Assembly: GCF_001194135.2 (NCBI RefSeq)
Contig: NC_069004.1
Coordinates: 13,019,278 to 13,083,277 of the forward strand
DNA: 64,000 nt
Direction: 5' to 3'
From: Octopus bimaculoides
Taxonomy: Eukaryota
Shown: in pieces, positions 12,860 to 26,486 of the stretch
Layout of the letters: the number at the start of each line of letters is the position of its first letter
Position numbering within the stretch: the stretch's first letter is position 1
Program-made: the position numbers and the translations under genes
Notes under the pieces: model-generated
The model's input: only the letters and a program-made list of their open reading frames with translations
What the model was told of the DNA's origin: nothing
The model's database searches: none

Positions 12860-13260
12860 CGGACACTCAGGAATTCCAGGTTGGTGTCTGACATGTTGAA
12901 AGACCTTTGAGAGTGAGGCACCTCTTAGCTTTTGCTAAAGCATGTCTCTTGGATAAGTCACTCTGATATAAAACCAGATATGTAGGGAATGGTGTTGAAC
13001 ATTTTTGGGATTTTTTGCTTGCACTTAAATTCACTCCCACAATCTTGAGCCTGTAATCCATATTGGCACCGGATGTTTTGTCCTGCCTGTCTCTGTATCA
13101 TGTCGGTAGTGTGAGGAGGGTCTGTGAAGTGCAGTGCAAGTCTTATTGGACCTAAAATTGTAGGTTGTGCAATCACCACTGAGACAACTATCAGATGCCT
13201 GGTTGAGTCAGCAACTATCCAGTGCCACAGCGACTGTGGAAATTGCAGACTCAAACCTGG
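12860..13260 (+). mobile_element. Decayed non-LTR retrotransposon 5' region (AP endonuclease remnant)
   Basis: QVGV*HVER..RHLLAFAKACLLD..L*YKTRYVGNG..HFW resembles the RxGxWNV...D...ETR...FW layout of APE domains; heavily degenerate. Confidence 0.4.
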
Positions 13261-13789
13261 GTGAAGCTGACTGCTAGTGCAATAACCTCATGCATGGGCA
13301 TTGCTTGCATTGTACATGAACAATGACCAATGATAGTCTTCTATGCTTGTGACTGGACAGCCAGCATATGTATCTATATACCTGCACGTACATATGCGAG
13401 TATAGCATGAGTACTTAGAAATTCTGGGCCGGAGTCTGATGCACTGTAACACCACTAGAAGTGAAGTGTCCTTACTTTTCTTTAAAGCTTGTTTCTTGGG
13501 CAGCTGATCTCAAGCTGACAAATACTAGAACCCTGATTCTGTCACATACAAAAAAAGCTAGTGAAAAATTTTGCCCTTCATATTCTTTATTCGTGAGAAA
13601 GAAAAAACTTGCATCTTCATTAATTATTTTATATTAATCATGGTAATTTGCTTCCCCCAACTTTCTAGTTTTCAGAACCCACATATACACATCATGAGTC
13701 ACACTGTTCTAGAAGGTCACTCTGGTATATAATCCTTTTGTATAAGGAATAGTGTTACCACCTCTGTTGGTGACACTATTCCTTATACA

Positions 13790-14262
13790 TAGGTGACAAA
13801 GGGCCTCTCACTCAGATTAAAAGGCCATGGGCCATGACTGCTGAGGACATGCGTAAGCTCGCAAGAAACGAAGCTAGTATGCTCCGATGGATGTGTAATA
13901 TCAGTGTGCATATTCGACAGAGTGTAAGTACCTTGAGAGAAAAGTTGAACCTAAGAAGCATCAGTTGTGGTGTGCAAGAGAGACAACTGCACTGGTATGG
14001 TCATGTGGTGAGAATGGACGAGGATAGCTGTGTGAAAAAGTGCCACACCCTAGCGGTTGAGGGAACCTGTGGAAGAGGTAGACCCAGGAAGACCTGGGAT
14101 GAGGTGGTGAAGCACGGCCTTCAAACATTAGGCCTCACCGAGGCAATGACTTGTGACCGAGACCTTTGGAAATATGCAGTGCGTGAGAAGACCCGGCAAG
14201 CCAAGTGAGACCATAATCCGAGGCCTCTGCCAGGGGTGTTGTCAGCCCACTTATGCGTACCT
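13790..14262 (+). mobile_element. RTE-clade LINE, 3' end of ORF
   Basis: EASMLRWMC..LREKL..LHWYGHVVRMDED..GRGRPRKTWDEVVK..DRDLW.YAV is a typical RTE C-terminus. Confidence 0.9.
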
Positions 14263-14269
14263 TCAGTTT

Positions 14270-14350
14270 ATCAGAGAAGTACTTACCCCATTTTACAAGT
14301 ATCACCATATATTTAACAAACAAAGAATAAGAATCTCATACTCTACCTAA
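14270..14350 (+). mobile_element. Penelope-like element fragment
   Basis: FYKYHHIFNKQRIRISYST resembles the H.IFN...(V/I)K(V/I)SYS motif preceding the PLE GIY-YIG domain. Confidence 0.55.
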
Positions 14351-14470
14351 CCCAGGGTCAATTATGGCAACTTCTAGATTGTATAACTGTTGTAATAGAA
14401 ATGTCTGTCTGCTTAAAAATGCCTGCTTGACTAGAAATATAGTTTACAAGTGTAATGTAATAGCTGATGT

Positions 14471-14850
14471 GGAGGCGCAATGGCCCAGTGGTTAGGGCAG
14501 TGGACTCGTGGTCATAGGATCGCAGTTTCGATTCCTAGACCAGGTGTTGTGAGTGTTTATTGAATGATAACACCTAAAAGCTCCACGAGGCTCTGGCAGG
14601 AGGTGGTGGTGAACCCTGCTGTATTCTTTCACCATAATTTTCTCTCAATCTTTCTTCCTGTTTCTGTTGTGCCTGTATTTCAAAGGGTCAGCCTTGTCAC
14701 ACTCTGTGTCACGCTGAATCTCTCCGAGAACTATGGTAAGGGTACACGTGTCTGTGGAGTGCTCAGCCACTTACATGTTAATTTCACGAGCAGGTTGTTC
14801 TGTTGATCAGATCAACTGGAAGTCTTGTCATCATAACTGATCAAGTGGCA
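14471..14850 (+). mobile_element. tRNA-derived SINE
   Basis: A-box TGGCCCAGTGG and B-box-like GTTTCGATTCC; second copy at 53173-53490. Confidence 0.8.
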
Positions 14851-15647
14851 TGAGAATAGCTGATACAAATATATGTATCTATATAGGCTTTATGTCGGGT
14901 AAATTCAAATCAAGAAATTCACCCGATGAAAGCGATTTTCTTTAATGATGTAATTACAATAATCAAATTATTCCTCAATAAAGAAAAACTGCAGAAACAG
15001 TCCTTTTGTGTTCTTCTTTTATGTAAACATAATTCCAGGAACCATCCTGATGTTGGATCTATAACTAGCATGGGATCATGAACCCATTTGTGAGTGTGTG
15101 CATGTGTGTGTATCTATATATATATGTGTGTTTACATATGTATAAGTATATGTGAGGTGTGTATATGATACATCTGTGTAAATATTTCGGTCCTTTCCTG
15201 GCATCCTGATTGTTAAAATACCTTGATTCTAAAGAATCCTACAACTGATGCATAATTATATTCATTGTAAATTCTTATGTACTATAATGGCTAAAGATAT
15301 CTTACTGAATTAAGGTTAGGAATATTCTTATAATTAAAAGCTATGATGAGAATATCAGTGAGTCACACATAAGAAGTTGGACTACTAAATGACAAATCAA
15401 CAATTCGTGCTTTATCTCCCAGGATGTCCTGAGTTCACAACTACGACCTTTCACTTTCACTGGTTTAGTTTACAAGAAAGTCCCTATGTTGTTTCTTAGT
15501 CTGCTAGAAATAACAACTAAATCTCCCCCAAATCATACTCTAATACTGGCGCATTAGAGAATGTAATCCTATATACACTATGTTTAGAAAAAAGATGAGA
15601 AAAGGAAAAGAAATGGTATGGTTACGTACTGAGTACTTTTGGAGCCA

Positions 15648-15667
15648 AGCAGCAGCAGCAGCAGCAG

Positions 15668-15731
<64 letters not shown>

Positions 15732-15745
15732 AACAGCAGCAACAA
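15648..15745. repeat. (CAG)/(CAA) trinucleotide repeat
   Basis: Direct inspection; no splice context or ORF support. Confidence 0.9.
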
Positions 15746-16487
15746 TAGGTCAACAAAAAACAATGGTTTCAAATTTTAATTGTATGTAGTGGCTCTTGAA
15801 TCCAGGTCAACTTTCACAGTGAAAGCTTTCCACCCATGGCATTCTCAAACCTTTAGTGGGATTTAGAACTTGGATATTCAATGGGACATCCCTTATTTAG
15901 TACAATAGGATGATGAAGTTGGTTTTTGAGGAAGATTTGGCTATCATTAACTGGTTATATGGTCATGTAGAGGTTTTGTATTCTATATGGTGTACCTAGA
16001 GATATTTGAATTTATTTCATCTTTCCATAATTTTTTCAAACTCCACTTCTGTGACTTGAAGAGCAAAATCAGAATGGGTGAGTAAATTAAAACAAAAACA
16101 AAAATATTCAGAAATAAAATAGCCTTGTCATTGTCAGTGACATGTAAAAGGCACCTGTGCCAGTGCCATGTTAAAGGCACACCTGTGCTGGTGACACATT
16201 AGAGGCACCTGTGATGGAGACACGTTGAATGAACCCATGCTGGTGACACCTCAAAGGCACCCATGCTGGTGACATATTTAAGGCACCTGTGCTGGTGACC
16301 ATTATGGGCACCCATGCTAGTGACATGTTAAAGGCACCCTGTACACTCATTGGAGTGGTTGATGTTAGGAAGGACATCCAGCCATAGAAATTTGGTCGAA
16401 TCCGATTGGAGCCTGGTGCAGCTCTCCAGATTACAAGTTCCAGTCAAACAGTCTAACCCATGCCAACCTGGAAAGCAGGTGTTTAAC

Positions 16488-16518
<31 letters not shown>

Positions 16519-16689
16519 GCCTGTGGTAATGCCACAAGTGTGCTGGTCTGGAACCAATTGAGGCACTTGGTTTTGAATTGATGGTTTCTTTTTTTCTTCC
16601 TCTTTTTCCTTTCTTTTTCTCCTTTTATTTTTCTTCATTCATGTTTGCGTTTTCTTCAGTCTTGGACTCGTATTTTAATGCGGTTTTGT

Positions 16690-17092
16690 AAGAGAGTTGC
16701 ATACAAAAGTGCCAATCACTTAAAGTGGATGGAGCTTGTGGGAGAGGAAGACCCAGGAAGACCCAGGAAGAGATGATGTATTGAGGACTGATCTCAAAAC
16801 GCTGAGCCTTACAAAGGAGATGACAAAGGACCAGAATGTGTGACACACTGCTGTACACAAGAAGACCTGTCCACCACAGCAGACTTGATACTGGTGCTGG
16901 TGCCACACTAAAAACATCCAATACATTCTGTGGAGTTGTTGGCAGTAGGAAAGGCATCCATTTGTAGAAACCATGCCTGAAGAGACAATGAAACCTGGTG
17001 CTTCCCCCAGCTTTACTAACTCTGGTTAAACTGTTCAATTCATTCCAGCATGGAAAATGGATGTAAAGTGAGGATGAAGATGATAATGATGT
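16690..17092 (+). mobile_element. RTE LINE 3' fragment with 3' UTR and (GAT)n-like tail
   Basis: KCQSLKVDGACGRGRPRK-like tract followed by the family 3' UTR (GGAAAGGCATCCA..GTAGAAACCATGCC). Confidence 0.7.
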
Positions 17093-18636
17093 ATCATATA
17101 CATACGTGTCATATATGTAATAAAACTATATATATAATCATCCTAACCAGGACTACCACATTATGTTGGCGAATAATCTTTAGAAGGGTACTGTTATTGA
17201 ATGTCTCTCATTCAGAGATTCAGAAATAATAATTTTTCTATTAGATCAGTGACTGTGTGTCACTTTGAAAATTATATATTTTCAACAAGAGTTTATAGCA
17301 GAGTTATTCTGTGCTGATGAAGACAAAGTAACCCAGAAACCGTGGTATGCAGATATTGCGTGCCACGGTTTGTATGTATGTATGTATGTATGTATGTGTG
17401 TGTGTGTGTGTGTGTGACCACAATAAACGTATTTAAAGTTATCACCTTTATTCCGTGTGTTTCGTTACCGGGTTCTTACCACAATAACATTACAGCCTTC
17501 TGAGCGGAGTCACATAAGATGGACTAAAGTGTTGACCCCGACGCCGAAAATACAACCTATCCATCTAAAGTGGTGACCCGACGTGATGTGGACACTTATC
17601 CTTCTAACTATATATACACACACGATGGGCTTCTTTCCGTTTCCGTCTACCAGATCCGTTCACAAGGCTTTGGTCGGTCCGAAGATATAGTAGAAGTCAC
17701 GTGCCTAAGGTGTCACGCAGTAAGACTGAACCCGAAAACCATGTGGTTGAGAAACAAGCTTCTTACCACACAATCACGCCTACATGATATATATAATACA
17801 AAACAACACTAAAATTCAAATCCCAAAACGAAGAAAACAAACATTAATGGGAAGAAAGAAAGAAAGAAAAATAAAAATAAATATCAATTCAACACCAAGT
17901 GTCTGAATTGGTCGCTCATCACAAACAAAATACTATTGAAAAATCTAATATAAGGGGAAACAACTCTTGCATAACAGATATATCATACCTTTCTGGAGTC
18001 AGGACGATTCCAGTATTTAAAATCTGTCCTTCCTTTAGTTCTTGANNNNNNNNNNNNNNNNNNNNNNNNNNNNNNNNNNNNNNNNNNNNNNNNNNNNNNN
18101 NNNNNNNNNNNNNNNNNNNNNNNNNNNNNNNNNNNNNNNNNNNNNNNNNNNNNNNNNNNNNNNNNNNNNNNNNNNNNNNNNNNNNNNNNNNNNNNNNNNN
18201 NNNNNNNNNNNNNNNNNNNNNNNNNNNNNNNNNNNNNNNNNNNNNNNNNNNNNNNNNNNNNNNNNNNNNNNNNNNNNNNNNNNNNNNNNNNNNNNNNNNN
18301 NNNNNNNNNNNNNNNNNNNNNNNNNNNNNNNNNNNNNNNNNNNNNNNNNNNNNNNNNNNNNNNNNNNNNNNNNNNNNNNNNNNNNNNNNNNNNNNNNNNN
18401 NNNNNNNNNNNNNNNNNNNNNNNNNNNNNNNNNNNNNNNNNNNNNNNNNNNNNNNNNNNNNNNNNNNNNNNNNNNNNNNNNNNNNNNNNNNNNNNNNNNN
18501 NNNNNNNNNNNNNNNNNNNNNNNNNNNNNNNNNNNNNNNNNNNNNNNNNNNNNNNNNNNNNNNNNNNNNNNNNNNNNNNNNNNNNNNNNNNNNNNNNNNN
18601 NNNNNNNNNNNNNNNNNNNNNNNNNNNNNNNNNNNT

Positions 18637-19850
18637 TAGTTGACTTTTCAATTTCTGAAGCGCTTAAGATGTTGGTTAAAGATTTTTACAATGTGATTAG
18701 CGACGAGACGAAGGCAGTTGCATTTTTACGAAAAAATAGCCTTTTAGATGATGAAAAAAATCTTGCACCATGTCATCGTTGTGGTGGAGAAATGAAGGAA
18801 GCCCGAAGAAAAAGGGAAAAACGGTAAAATTTTGCCAACTTCACATAGTAAGTATTTTGAAAAAAAAATAAAGTTAACAATGCTAAGCATGTGCAAAAGA
18901 ATTTATTAATAAATTGAATCGCAATTTGATGAAGATGAAATACAAATTTGAATAATTTTATCGATGAATTGAACAAACATCCGCTAGAAACGCAAGAAAA
19001 AGGTTTTCAGCACCCTTCCTCACCTGTAGTCAACAGAAATAATCAAAGCAAGATTGGGAAGGTTTCTCTCATCTTTTTCAAAATACAAATTTTCGAATCC
19101 AACCAGGTTCTTTCAATTGCTTGAGTATTGGTTCCAGTGTTTGGATCACATAATGTCTTTGGTGGTTGACAGTAGAATGGTAGAAGTTTGGACGATTTAG
19201 ACTGGAATATGCTGGCCATTCGTCGGAATGAATAATCAAATTTTCTGCAACTTCTCTCTGAATTATGGGTTCAAGTGTTTCATGATTTCTTTTTTCTACA
19301 TAAAAATGTCGGCAATCTACATCTTTCTTCAATCCAAAGACCCAGGGTCCATCAATGCATCTTACATGGTTTCTGTTGTTTTCTACTTTACCTTCACCGT
19401 CAGTTGAATCAAGGACATGGTCTCCTTGCAGCATTCTGCCTCTGTTGTATTTTCAGCGTCCTGCAGGCCGAGCGTCAAAGATTTGCATAAGTTCTTCCTT
19501 TTCTACTGTTTTCTGAGCAATTGTAAAAAATCGTAGAAACAATTTGTGAACAAACTTCACGACACATGTTGAACTAATCACATATTGATTCGGTACCGCT
19601 ACCCGTTAACTGATGCACCTTATCATAGAAGACATCTTGAATAAAATGAAAAGGTAATTCTAAAATTTGACACAGAGAAAGATTGCAATGGATTTTGTTA
19701 TTTAAATCAGTATAATAGAAAAAAAAAAAAATTTCTGGTGTGGAAAGACTGGTAAGTTTGGCAGTCGCGAGTTTTACAACGTAAATTAAACTAAAAAGTA
19801 ACCTAATATAATCGCCCTTTAAGTTGTAGATTACACGCCAAAGTAGCACC
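18637..19850. mobile_element. Merlin (IS1595/ISXO2-like) transposon with internal inversion
   Basis: Plus strand 18669-18841 encodes MLVKDFYNVISDETKAVAFLR..PCHRCGGEM..GKILPT. Minus strand from 19784 continues LRCKTRDCQ..YYTDLNNKIHCNL..CD*FNMCREVCS..KYNRGR..GPWVFG..HSDEWPAY..TVNH..TQAIERTW. A putative right TIR CGCCAAAGTAGCACC ends at 19850; the left end is in the gap. Confidence 0.85.
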
Positions 19851-21827
19851 TCTATATCTATGTGTCTGTGTGTGGGGGTACACACACACACACACATTTG
19901 TTGTTGACTGTGTTTTTGTTTAAGCTGATAATGCCTAAAGAGCTAGAAACATGTCTGGGAATCTAACAGGGGGGCAGCACTGGACAGATATGATGTTTTT
20001 ACAACTTTTTTACCATAAGAGAACATTTTTTTTCTCCACAGTAACTGCAGTGAATTTGTCTTTAGAAGTATGTCACAAATATATATATATATATATATAN
20101 NNNNNNNNNNNNNNNNNNNNNNNNNNNNNNNNNNNNNNNNNNNNNNNNNNNNNNNNNNNNNNNNNNNNNNNNNNNNNNNNNNNNNNNNNNNNNNNNNNNN
20201 NNNNNNNNNNNNNNNNNNNNNNNNNNNNNNNNNNNNNNNNNNNNNNNNNNNNNNNNNNNNNNNNNNNNNNNNNNNNNNNNNNNNNNNNNNNNNNNNNNNN
20301 NNNNNNNNNNNNNNNNNNNNNNNNNNNNNNNNNNNNNNNNNNNNNNNNNNNNNNNNNNNNNNNNNNNNNNNNNNNNNNNNNNNNNNNNNNNNNNNNNNNN
20401 NNNNNNNNNNNNNNNNNNNNNNNNNNNNNNNNNNNNNNNNNNNNNNNNNNNNNNNNNNNNNNNNNNNNNNNNNNNNNNNNNNNNNNNNNNNNNNNNNNNN
20501 NNNNNNNNNNNNNNNNNNNNNNNNNNNNNNNNNNNNNNNNNNNNNNNNNNNNNNNNNNNNNNNNNNNNNNNNNNNNNNNNNNNNNNNNNNNNNNNNNNNN
20601 NNNNNNNNNNNNNNNNNNNNNNNNNNNNNNNNNNNNNNNNNNNNNNNNNNNNNNNNNNNNNNNNNNNNNNNNNNNNNNNNNNNNNNNNNNNNNNNNNNNN
20701 NNNNNNNNNNNNNNNNNNNNNNNNNNNNNNNNNNNNNNNNNNNNNNNNNNNNNNNNNNNNNNNNNNNNNNNNNNNNNNNNNNNNNNNNNNNNNNNNNNNN
20801 NNNNNNNNNNNNNNNNNNNNNNNNNNNNNNNNNNNNNNNNNNNNNNNNNNNNNNNNNNNNNNNNNNNNNNNNNNNNNNNNNNNNNNNNNNNNNNNNNNNN
20901 NNNNNNNNNNNNNNNNNNNNNNNNNNNNNNNNNNNNNNNNNNNNNNNNNNNNNNNNNNNNNNNNNNNNNNNNNNNNNNNNNNNNNNNNNNNNNNNNNNNN
21001 NNNNNNNNNNNNNNNNNNNNNNNNNNNNNNNNNCAATATATATATCAAATCTCTATGATGAACGGCAAGCCGCTGTTAGTCATGCAAATGTGTGTGTGTG
21101 TTTCTGTGTGTATTTGGACTATGTATCACTTCAATGGAGGTGGGGTGGGGGTGGGGGGTCATACAATGAGCAAGATTCAGAGATTAGGAATCTTAGCAGT
21201 TCAAGTCTATGTATTGTCAGGTTTGATAATTTTATCAGTTTAAAAGGTCCGTTCTTCCGGAGGTTGGATTAGGTGGGTTGAGTTGAAAGGTGGGTGGTTG
21301 GTTGAGGGATGATGTTCCAAAAGAAATGTCCTGTTGCTAGTAACATACTGTATGCAATAGATACAGGTGAAAAACAGCTACATGCAACTACTACTACAAC
21401 TACTAATAATATGATCAGTATTTATAATAGTAGTAGTAGTAGTAGTAGTAGTAATAATGACTATAAAGGAGAAGTTTTTGTATTATAAAAAAAGAGGATG
21501 TGTTGATGTTCATGCCTTTCACAACATCAAAATGAAACGAGCTGAAGATGGCCTCAATCGAGAGTAAAATCTAAAACGTGTTACACTTTTCATTCATGAG
21601 AATTTCCTTCTTATATTGCTAGCCAATATTCTTCTTGGATTTACAAAAATAAAAGTCCAAATATGAAAAGAGAATGTCATGGAGATTGTGTGATGTTCGT
21701 GTTCGTCTCCATAGTAATAATTTTAACCAGAAGCACAAGGCCCATACATTTTGGAAGAAGAATATAATTGATTGGATTGAATCCCCCTATACTTAACTGG
21801 TGCCTTTATTTTATTAATCCTGGAATG

Positions 21828-22105
21828 AAGAAAAAAAAAAAGGCAAAGGAAAAATGGGAAAAAAAAAACAATGAAAACAGAAATGAGAAAAAAAAAAGGC
21901 AAAGGAAAAATGGGAAAAAAAAACAATGAAAAAAGAAATGAGAAAAAAAAAAAGGCAACGGAAAAATGGGGAAAAAAAAACAATGANNNNNNNNNNAAAA
22001 TGGGAAAAAAAAACAATGAAAAAAGAAATGAGAAAAAAAAAAAGGCAACGGAAAAATGGGGAAAAAAAAACAATGAAAAAAGAAATGAGAAAAAAAAAAG
22101 GCAAA
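21828..22105. repeat. A-rich ~55-bp tandem repeat
   Basis: Repeating AAAAGGCAA[A/C]GGAAAAATGGG(A)nCAATGAAAAAAGAAATGAG; small gap inside. Confidence 0.85.
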
Positions 22106-22624
22106 GATGACATCCAGGATTTGAACTCAAAACATAAAGAAATGCAACTTAATGTTGGTTTCAAATTTTGGCAAAAAGCCAGTAGTTTCAGGGTAGCAAG
22201 CTAGTTGATAACATTGACCCCAGTATTCAACTGGTATTTATTCTATCAACCTTGAAACGATGAAAAGTAAAGTTGACCTCGGTGGAATTTGAACTCAGAA
22301 CGTAAAGATGACTGAAATGCTGCTAAGCATTTTGTCCGGCGTGCTAGCTAACAATTCTGCCAGCTTGCAGCCTTAGAGATGCAACTAAATATCGCAAGGT
22401 ATTTTCTCTGTTGCTCTACCAATTCTCTCGATCCACTACCCTTTCAATAACAACAATTTATTTTGATTAAACACAAGGCTGATTTTTTTTTAATGGGGGT
22501 GGGGATTGGGGGTGGAGAATGTAAATATTTAAATAAATTCATTTTCATTCAACTGGTTTTGATCCGACTCTGGATCAGGCCATAGCATGTACTGACATAC
22601 TGGTTGTATGCCTACCTGTCCATG

Positions 22625-23092
22625 CTGGCCATTTGTGAGATGCATGACCGAGACCTTTGGAAATGTGCTGTGCGTGAGAAGACCCGGCAAGCCAAGTAAG
22701 ATCGTTGCCAGTGCCCCTGGACTGGCTCTTGTGCAGGTGGCACATGAGATGCACCATTTTGAGCGTGGCCATTGCCAGTACCGCCTGACTGGCTCCCGTA
22801 GGATTTTCGAGTGAGATCGTTGCCAGTGCCCCTGGACTGGCCTGTGCGGGTGGCACATAAAAGACACCATTTCGAGCGTGGCCGTTTTCGTGCGGGTGAC
22901 ACGTAAAAGCACCCACTACACTCTCTGAGTGGTTGGCGTTAGGAAGGGCATCCAGCTGTAGAAACTCTGCCAAATCAGATTGGAGCCTGGTGTTGCCATC
23001 CGGTTTCACCAGTCCTCAGTCGAATCGTCCAACCCATGCTAGCATGGAAAGCGGACGTTAAACGATGATGATGATGATGATGATGATGATGG
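22625..23092 (+). mobile_element. RTE LINE 3' terminus with internal tandem duplication and (GAT)n tail
   Basis: GACCGAGACCTTTGGAAAT..GAGAAGACCCGGCAAGCCAAGT, duplicated GAGATCGTTGCCAGTGCCCCTGGACTGG, GGTTGGCGTTAGGAAGGGCATCCAGC and AAACG(ATG)n. Confidence 0.85.
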
Positions 23093-23820
23093 GTTGTTCC
23101 ATGGTCAGTAAATTACAAGTACAATACTTCAGTGATCTGAGGGGGAACAAAAAGAGACATGTCAGACCAGAGACCATAAGTTTCACACAGTTCTGCTCAA
23201 CATTGCTTCTGTCATACCAACACTCAGGTTTGTAGGGAAGGGAGAGTCAAAATCTAACCCTAGGTTATTTTTTTAATTTATTTATTGACTATCTTCTCCA
23301 GAAGAAGACAGAGCAAAGTCAAACCTGGTGAGGTTTGACGTCAGAACATAAAACAACAGAACTAAATTATGCAGGGCATCCTTGACTATTTCTCCCACCT
23401 CAAAATCAATAATAATGATAATAATAATCCTTTCTACTGAAGGCACAAGGCCTGAAACTTGGTGGGGAGGGGACTAGTCAATAACACATTTTCCATGTGT
23501 GTATATTTTTGATGTCATAGTAATTTTATAAACTTTCAAGAGAATGTGAAATATTTCTTTTTTGGAATAGGTATCTTGAAACACACACATAACGCTATGA
23601 AAAATAGCATGGAAATACTGGGCTGTAAAACACTTTTGGACTGAAAAAGTCAAAGATGTAGGTTCACATTCAATGGGCAGCCTTCAATGTTTCTATCCAA
23701 AAGGGAATTTCAACCCCACATTTAAATTTCATTATTTATATCTTTATATGTGTTTTTTGAGATTTACTATTACAAAAAAGAAATATATATATATATATAT
23801 ACACACACACATATATATAT

Positions 23821-23860
<40 letters not shown>

Positions 23861-23974
23861 TCATCCAAAATGGAGATGAGTATCTATACTTCCATATGGT
23901 ATGCTTGAACAATTGTGAAGATCTCTTCACATGAAACCATTGGTTGTCTTGTTAACCCACAAACAAAAGCATGA

Positions 23975-24039
<65 letters not shown>

Positions 24040-26019
24040 TATATCTCTAGACACATATGCAGACACAAGTGCACACACACACATACACACAAGCGTGTGT
24101 GCACACCCACATACAGACGTATGAATAAGGAAGTAAACGAAGGCTAACAAAACTGCCAACCCATACAAATCTTATAATTCCCTTCATTACTGAGAGAATT
24201 TACCATTTCTCCATCTCAGACATTAGGACATTAGCGTATTTCTATTCTCACATTTTTATTTTAAAGTCAAATATTGCAATTGTATTAGTTCCAAATTTTG
24301 GCATAAAGCCAGCAAGTTCGGGGGAGAGGGTAAGTTGATTACATCGACCCCCAGTGTTCAACTGGTATTTATTTTATCAACCCTGAAAGCGATGAAAGGC
24401 AAAGTAGACCTCAATGGTATTAGAATTCAGAATGAAAAGACGGATGAAATTCCTCTAAGCATTTTGCCTGGAGTGGTAACGGTTCTGCCAGCTTACTGCC
24501 TAGAAACATTGCAATCATATTAAAGCTCCAGGTTCTGCAGAACTGTCATGGACAATGTTTATCAACCACTATCATCAACATGGGCGAGGCCTCTAAATGG
24601 TCGTTTAAGCTACTAGAAATAGCAGCCAAATCTCCCTCAAGTCACACCCCACCATCATAAAACAAAGCTGCACACATTGAATAATACTATACCATGTCTG
24701 AAAATAAGACAGAATGGTCATAGATGGAGCGTCCTTTATTCTGGAACAGCTCTGATCAATAGACCTATAATTAAGTAAATTCCAGTTATGAGTACAGTCT
24801 ACCTAAGACTACATTAGTCAATGATGTTGTTCAAAGGAGACTTTTGGAAATGGATCAGGGCTGCCCAACACTACCCCATATGTATCAATATACACTAACA
24901 TACTACCCCAACACCATTACACACACCACAACTACCACCCCACCATAACTATCACAGATTAGATTAGGAACCACTGAAGGTGAAGGTATAAACCAAAGTT
25001 TGGTTCAGCTTTTGAAGTAATAGAGTGGAGGTGATATTAAAATTGCACTGAACATTTGTGTGTGTATAAACATACACAACTAGGTATACATACGCATACA
25101 TATATACACTCATCAACAAATATACAACAGGGTTGAAGGAAAACATCTTGTGCAGACAAACATTCTGTATATATCTTTTATCTTTTACTTGTTTCAGTCA
25201 TTTGACTGCAGCCATACTGGGGCACTACCATGAGGAATTTTTAGTTGGTTGAATCAACCCCAGTACTTATTCTATCAGTCTCTTTTGCTGAACCACTAAG
25301 TTATAGGGATATAAACAGACACAAACAAACATATAATATATATATATATATATGATGGCTATTTCAGTTTCTGCCTACCAAATCAACTCACAAAACTTTG
25401 GTTGGCCTGAGGTTATAGCAGAACTATAGAAGATACTTGCCCAAGATGGCAAGCAGTGGGACTGAACCTGGAACCATGTAGTTGGGAAGCAAACTTCTTA
25501 CTGCATAGCCATACTTAGCTATACATGTGCATGTGTGTGTGTATGCATACACATACACACATGTATTTGTATGTATATATATGTATGTTTGTGTGTGTGC
25601 ACTCACACACACTCACATACTATATGATGTGCTTTACCATAGAAATTAGGGCTCAATACCCAAAGCACATTAGACCCTCACATTCCAATTTGTTTACTTA
25701 ATGTACAAAGTAGTGAATATTTAGATTTAGGTTATAAAAGAGGAGAACAGCCTGAAAAAAATTGTAATAATCACAGAAAATAAATTATTGAGATTTCAAA
25801 AACTTCATTATATAATATATAAATATATAGATGAGACTTAACAAGATCAAAACATGTCTGTAACATTCTTCAGTTGGCCTTAACAAACACAAGATCCAGT
25901 CATAAAGGTATTGTGTTTATTTTAAAGAAATTTGTATTAACTGATATCATCCGAGTTATTTTCCTCACCTATCTTAAAGCTTAAACATCCCTTTGTGGAA
26001 TTCTTATCATATAATTGCA

Positions 26020-26068
<49 letters not shown>

Positions 26069-26129
26069 GGTGGCATGTAAAAAGCACCTTTTGAGCTTTG
26101 AGCCTCATGGAGGCAAAGTGGCCAATGCC

Positions 26130-26486
26130 AGTGGCACTTGAAAAGTACCTTTTGAGTGTTGGGCCTCACAGAGACAATGACAAATGATCGAGACCTTTGG
26201 CATTATGCCATGTTTGAGAAGACCCTTCAAGCCAAGTACACACACAATCACAATTGTGACAGATACCGGTGTCATACAAATGGCACCTGTGCTGGTGGCA
26301 TGTAAAAGTACCCATTACACTCTTGGAGTGGTTGGCGTTAGGAAGGGCATCCAACCGTAGAATCCATGTCAAATCAGACTGGAGTCTGGTGCAGCCTTCC
26401 AGCTTGCCAACCTTGGTCAAACCATCTAACCCATGCCAGCATGAACAACGGATGTTAAATGATGATGATGATCATCATCATCATCA
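26130..26486 (+). mobile_element. RTE LINE 3' terminus
   Basis: Same 3' UTR and (GAT)n tail; followed by an inverted fragment of the same family to ~26620. Confidence 0.75.

Noticed and set aside
11936-13800. Head-to-head partner gene of TDP2
   Set aside because: No recognisable coding exon on the plus strand; the region is best explained by a decayed LINE 5' part.
14471-14545. tRNA gene
   Set aside because: A/B boxes are present but there is no cloverleaf; it continues into a SINE body repeated at 53173.
15580-15789. Poly-Gln/Ala/Thr or poly-Leu coding region
   Set aside because: Isolated CAG/CAA microsatellite without splice signals or flanking protein similarity.
17983-21272. 200-430-aa ORFs full of X (also 57973-58641 and 60835-61128)
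   Set aside because: Artefacts of assembly gaps.
21723-22204. Lys-rich and Phe-rich ORFs
   Set aside because: Translations of an A-rich tandem repeat.
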